Assembly (NCBI GenBank): GCA_963793305.1
Contig: CAWBZV010000003.1
Coordinates: 384,001-448,000 of the forward strand
Reading direction: 5' to 3'
DNA from: an uncultured Gemmatimonadales bacterium
GTDB lineage: Bacteria > Gemmatimonadota > Gemmatimonadetes > Gemmatimonadales > Gemmatimonadaceae
Length of the DNA: 64,000 nt
In this document: one piece after another, positions 63,079-64,000 of the stretch
How positions within the stretch are numbered: position 1 is the first letter of the stretch
Layout: each line of letters begins with the position of its first letter
Program-made: the position numbers and the translations under genes
Notes under the pieces: model-generated
Told to the model about the DNA's origin: nothing
What the model saw: the letters and a program-made list of their open reading frames with translations, nothing else
The model's database searches: none

Positions 63079-64000
63079 ATCGACGAGCCGAAGGCGAGGA
63101 GTGGCCAACCGACCAGTCGAGCGGAGCATAGCGACGCCTCGACGCGCCGCGGAGCGGCGGGTGAGGTTAGGTGGCGGCATTCCCGCCCCACGCCGAGTCT
63201 GGCCGAGTCCTACCGGACGATCTCGGTCGAGGGCGGCTGGTGGCGCAAGCTGCTGGCCTTCGCCGGCCCGGGCTACCTGGTAGCCGTCGGCTACATGGAC
63301 CCCGGCAACTGGGCCACAGACCTCGCTGGCGGGTCCCGGTTCGGCTACGCCCTCCTGAGCGTGATCCTCGTCTCCAATCTCCTGGCGGTCCTCCTACAGG
63401 GCTTGGCGTCGAAGCTGGGCATCGTCACCGGCCGCGATCTGGCGCAGGCGTGTCGGGATGCCTACTCGCGCCCGACGTTCGATCGCGCTCTGGCTGGGTG
63501 CCGAAGTCGCCATTGCGGCGTGTGACTTGGCCGAGGTGATCGGCTCGGCGATCGCTCTGCAGTTGTTGTTTCACATTCCGCTCATCATCGGCGTCATCCT
63601 CACGTCGCTCGACGTGCTGATCGTGCTCTACTTGCAGCACAGCGGATTCCGGCGACTCGAAGCGGTCGTGGTCGTGCTCATCGCGACGATCGGCCTCTGC
63701 TTCTTGTTCGAGCTCGTCCTCGCCCGCCCTGATCTCGGCGCGGTCGCGCGCGGGTTCGTGCCGCAGGCGTCGGTCGTGACGAATCCGGCGCAGCTCTACA
63801 TCGCCATCTCGATCCTCGGCGCGACGGTCATGCCGCACAATCTGTATCTGCACTCGTCGATCGTGCAGACGCGAAGCTACGAGGAGACGCCGAGCGGGAA
63901 GCGCGAGGCCATTCGGTTCGCGTTCTTGGACTCGACGATCGCGCTCACGTTCGCGCTCTTTATCAACGCGGCGATCCTGATCGTGGCGGCCGCGATTTTT
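63070..64000 (+). CDS. mntH: Nramp Mn2+/Fe2+ transporter (frameshift near 63478; runs off the window)
   Basis: [58 protein letters not shown]. Confidence 0.95.
63105..63159 (+). repeat. Double-hairpin dispersed repeat, copy 3 (in frame inside the mntH N-terminus)
   Basis: CCAACCGACCAGTCGAGC-GGAGCATAGCGAC-GCCTCGACGCGCCGCGGAGCGGCG. Confidence 0.8.

Overview
High-GC bacterial chromosome segment, most likely Gemmatimonadota (inferred from the L34 start [10 protein letters not shown] and tandem kinase-TM-TPR genes). 1-9 kb is the origin region: 3' part of rnpB, dnaN-oriC-dnaA, and rpmH-rnpA-yidD-yidC-mnmE. About 12.6-54.3 kb is a ~42 kb C1-oxidation supercluster. It encodes two PQQ dehydrogenases with the lanthanide-type DxD motif (one XoxF-like, followed by xoxJ, cytochrome c, pentapeptide and beta-propeller genes), a porin, a SoxY/SoxZ-like pair with an MBL-rhodanese fusion, the tetrahydromethanopterin formaldehyde oxidation route (fae, mtd, mch, fhcBADC), and many methanopterin/methylofuran biosynthesis genes. 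The last 10 kb hold M16 peptidases, a Nudix hydrolase, an ECF sigma/anti-sigma pair, a split membrane-anchored Cas4-like nuclease, holA, SPOR, MFS and mntH. Signals not in the ORF track include a 55-bp double-hairpin repeat (3 copies), the true SoxY C-terminus (VTLNGCG), the N-terminal Cas4-like fragment, DnaA-trios at oriC, and two JAB-like proteins. About 13 apparent single-base frameshifts, mostly +1 and including yidC and rnpA, point to sequencing indels rather than pseudogenes. All family calls come from motif recognition; no database searches were run.
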